A stretch of DNA of 56,933 nucleotides, the filler included, from Platydemus manokwari (taxonomy: Eukaryota): the NCBI GenBank assembly GCA_037951405.1. It is 4 parts of 4 records of this genome, joined end to end, with 100 filler letters (N's around TTAATTAATTAA, not from the genome) between each part and the next. Parts side by side here need not be neighbours in the genome. Positions count along the whole stretch, not along the records: positions 42,028 to 56,933 come from JBBMOY011374758.1; 3 more parts are not named here. One strand, 5' to 3'. Position 1 is the stretch's first letter. Every line of letters begins with the position of its first letter. The translations under genes and the position numbers were made by a program. Shown in pieces: positions 54,669-56,933 of the stretch. The notes beneath the pieces were generated by a model. That model was not told the DNA's origin. It saw only the letters and a program-made list of their open reading frames with translations, and searched no databases.

Positions 54669-55469
54669 CGGGAATTTAATAACTCAATTTTTTGAATTTT
54701 TTGCTGGTTAATTTACTTTTAGAAACTATATATAAGAACAGCTATTATTAAAAATCTTATGCCTCTTTTCCTCACTCAGTTGAGGCCTAGATATATCTTA
54801 AATTGGATTATAAAAGTCAAATTCGAATCCTCAAATATGTAATTATTATTTTATTTTATTAATTTTTAATAACTTTACCATAAAAATAAAAACCTGTCAT
54901 TATAAAAGTGATAATAGAAACGAGAATAGTAACAATGGTAATAATAATGATAATACAAATAAAACACAAATTACAAATAAATAAAACTCTGATATTTGCG
55001 ATCAATGGTTGATCGTTCCATAATTAAGCTGATTGTAACCCAGTAGCAAAAACACAGTTCATTAATTGCTACATAAGCTATTGAAAATGCAATTAAATTT
55101 CACAACTAGTGTTATTTTCTTTTTATAGCTTAAATAATTTATAGGAACCATACCTGGATAATAGAATTAATAACCTCTCTCGAGGAGGACAGTTTGAATA
55201 ATCTTAATGTGCTGATATTAATAAAATAAAGTTTAAACATATTAGGAAATTTCGTAAAGGAAATATTAATAATAATTTTTAGCCTCTACTATTTTAAAAA
55301 CCACTCATTAAAAATAAACTGAAAAGTCAAGACACCACAAATCTATTTTAATACAAATAATTAAACAAATAAATATAATTTTATATAAATATGATTTTAT
55401 ATTAAATCCGAATTAAATTATAAATAAAATTTTAATTATGTAAAATTTTAATTCACAAAAAATTTAATT

Positions 55470-55480
55470 TAATAATAATC

Positions 55481-55523
<43 letters not shown>

Positions 55524-55562
55524 TAATAATAATAATGGTAATAAACACAATAATGATAATAA
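55470..55562. repeat. (AAT)n microsatellite
   Basis: Near-perfect AAT run. Confidence 0.9.
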
Positions 55563-56156
55563 TTATAAATTTATTGTTTCTATATCATTTGTTATAAAAT
55601 TTAAAGTTTTACTCAAATTGACATCAAGTAATAGTATAGTGATCAACTTATGATCAAGTCTAGTTGAATTCCGTAATACAACGGCGTCATCTGGTGTCTC
55701 GAAAGAAGTCCAGTATATAGAAAACATGCATAAGGAACAATATTAAACTCTTGTATCAATAAAGAGTGTTTCCCGAAAATTATTTCTCAAAGATTTTGAT
55801 TTAAAAGAATTAATCAGAAAATTAAAGATGATTTACACTGAAAATTGTTCCTGGAAAACTTTTAATCGTAGATATTTAAGGCGCATTTCGAAATAATTTT
55901 TTAAAATAATTTTTATTAAGAATTAAGTTTTGAGATAAAGATGTTCTTGCCGCTTTACTTTTAATTTGTTAGAATAGTTGAAAGACTAGGTAATTGACAG
56001 ATAATCTTCTATCTTCCGTGGCATTGAGATATATCGATTTTCATTGGTTTGCAATAACTGACGATGGTATTCTAACAATAAGTTGATATTTTGGAGACAT
56101 CTGTTAAGTTTCTGGTACGTGCACTATTTGAGTATGTGTATATTGACCCTTTTTGG

Positions 56157-56523
56157 CAGCGGTTCTTAGTCTTTTATCTATGGCGACCCATTTTTCCATT
56201 TTTAAGGTCTCGGAGACCCCAAAGAACATCAATATTACTAAATATAACTAAATATCATTTGATTTACATTTCATTGATTTACAACAAGTAATGAATTACC
56301 TATTATAATAAGATTATTATTATTATTATTATTACATTGCCTATAAAATACTTAACTGTAGTAGTCAAGGTAATCGTGAACAGAAGTAGTTTAGTCAACA
56401 TCACAAACTATTTATTTAATAGCATCATAAAACATGATTTTTCACATTAAATGGTTTGTACACCTACCATAATTTGGCGACCCCTTTAAAAATGCTTACC
56501 GATTCCGGGGTTGAGAACCACTA
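56157..56523. mobile_element. hAT (Charlie-like) MITE
   Basis: Termini CAGCGGTTCTTA / TGAGAACCACTA with subterminal GGCGACCC motifs at 56182 and 56476. TSD not evident. Confidence 0.65.
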
Positions 56524-56529
56524 AGGGTT

Positions 56530-56933
56530 ATTTCATGGTCTTTGTAAGTATTAAGTTGTTTTAATCAGAATCTCTTCAACGGTGTCAACTATCGAATTGA
56601 TATTTGGATTTTTGTTATTGCATTATACATTTGAAGTTAATTTGGATGTAATATTGATTTTAAATTGGATTTTAATTCTGATCTACTTTTAGTAATACAA
56701 TTCGTTTTAATGTATATGAAAACAGACTTAATTAGTGATTTCAAATGACATTTAAAATTAAAATGAAAGAATTAGCATTTAAAGTCTCTGGAAATTTACT
56801 TCAATTTTAGTATTCTCACATCCCCCTTTCTTTAAAATCTTTAATTTTCTTTGTAGTCTTACTTGACATATTTATCTCCGAAAATGTCTTTAATTTCTCT
56901 CCCTTTTATATCTTTTCTAAATCTTCTTTATGT
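56530..56933 (-). mobile_element. Probable PPT and start of the 3' LTR of another LTR retroelement
   Basis: Minus strand reads AAAAGAAAGGGGGA|TGTGAGAA with the junction at 56821/56820, a classic PPT-TG boundary. The other end of the LTR is undefined. Confidence 0.45.

Overview
Very AT-rich eukaryotic, apparently animal, genomic DNA with GT-AG introns. It is assembled from at least four contigs joined by artificial 100-nt N/TTAATTAATTAA linkers. Host genes: a complete 7-exon tetraspanin (+, 2459-9635), an intronless divergent rhodopsin-like 7TM receptor (-, 16786-17697), the 3' end of methylcrotonoyl-CoA carboxylase beta (-, 32159-32307, cut by a gap) and one internal exon of calcineurin A (+, 48860-48999). 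Much of the rest is decayed transposon sequence: Chapaev3-like, hAT-Charlie, Merlin, Ty3/gypsy and a possible Tc1. The most interesting item lies just downstream of the calcineurin exon and is missed by the ORF track. It is a decayed endogenous CRESS-DNA-virus-like Rep gene (HUH endonuclease plus SF3 helicase, - strand, ~51645-52755) with an apparent 58-nt spliceosomal intron between motifs II and III. It is followed by a co-oriented Cys/His-rich ORF with no recognisable capsid, and sits next to a hairpin-rich LTR-like segment. All calls are from manual translation and motif recognition; no database searches were run.
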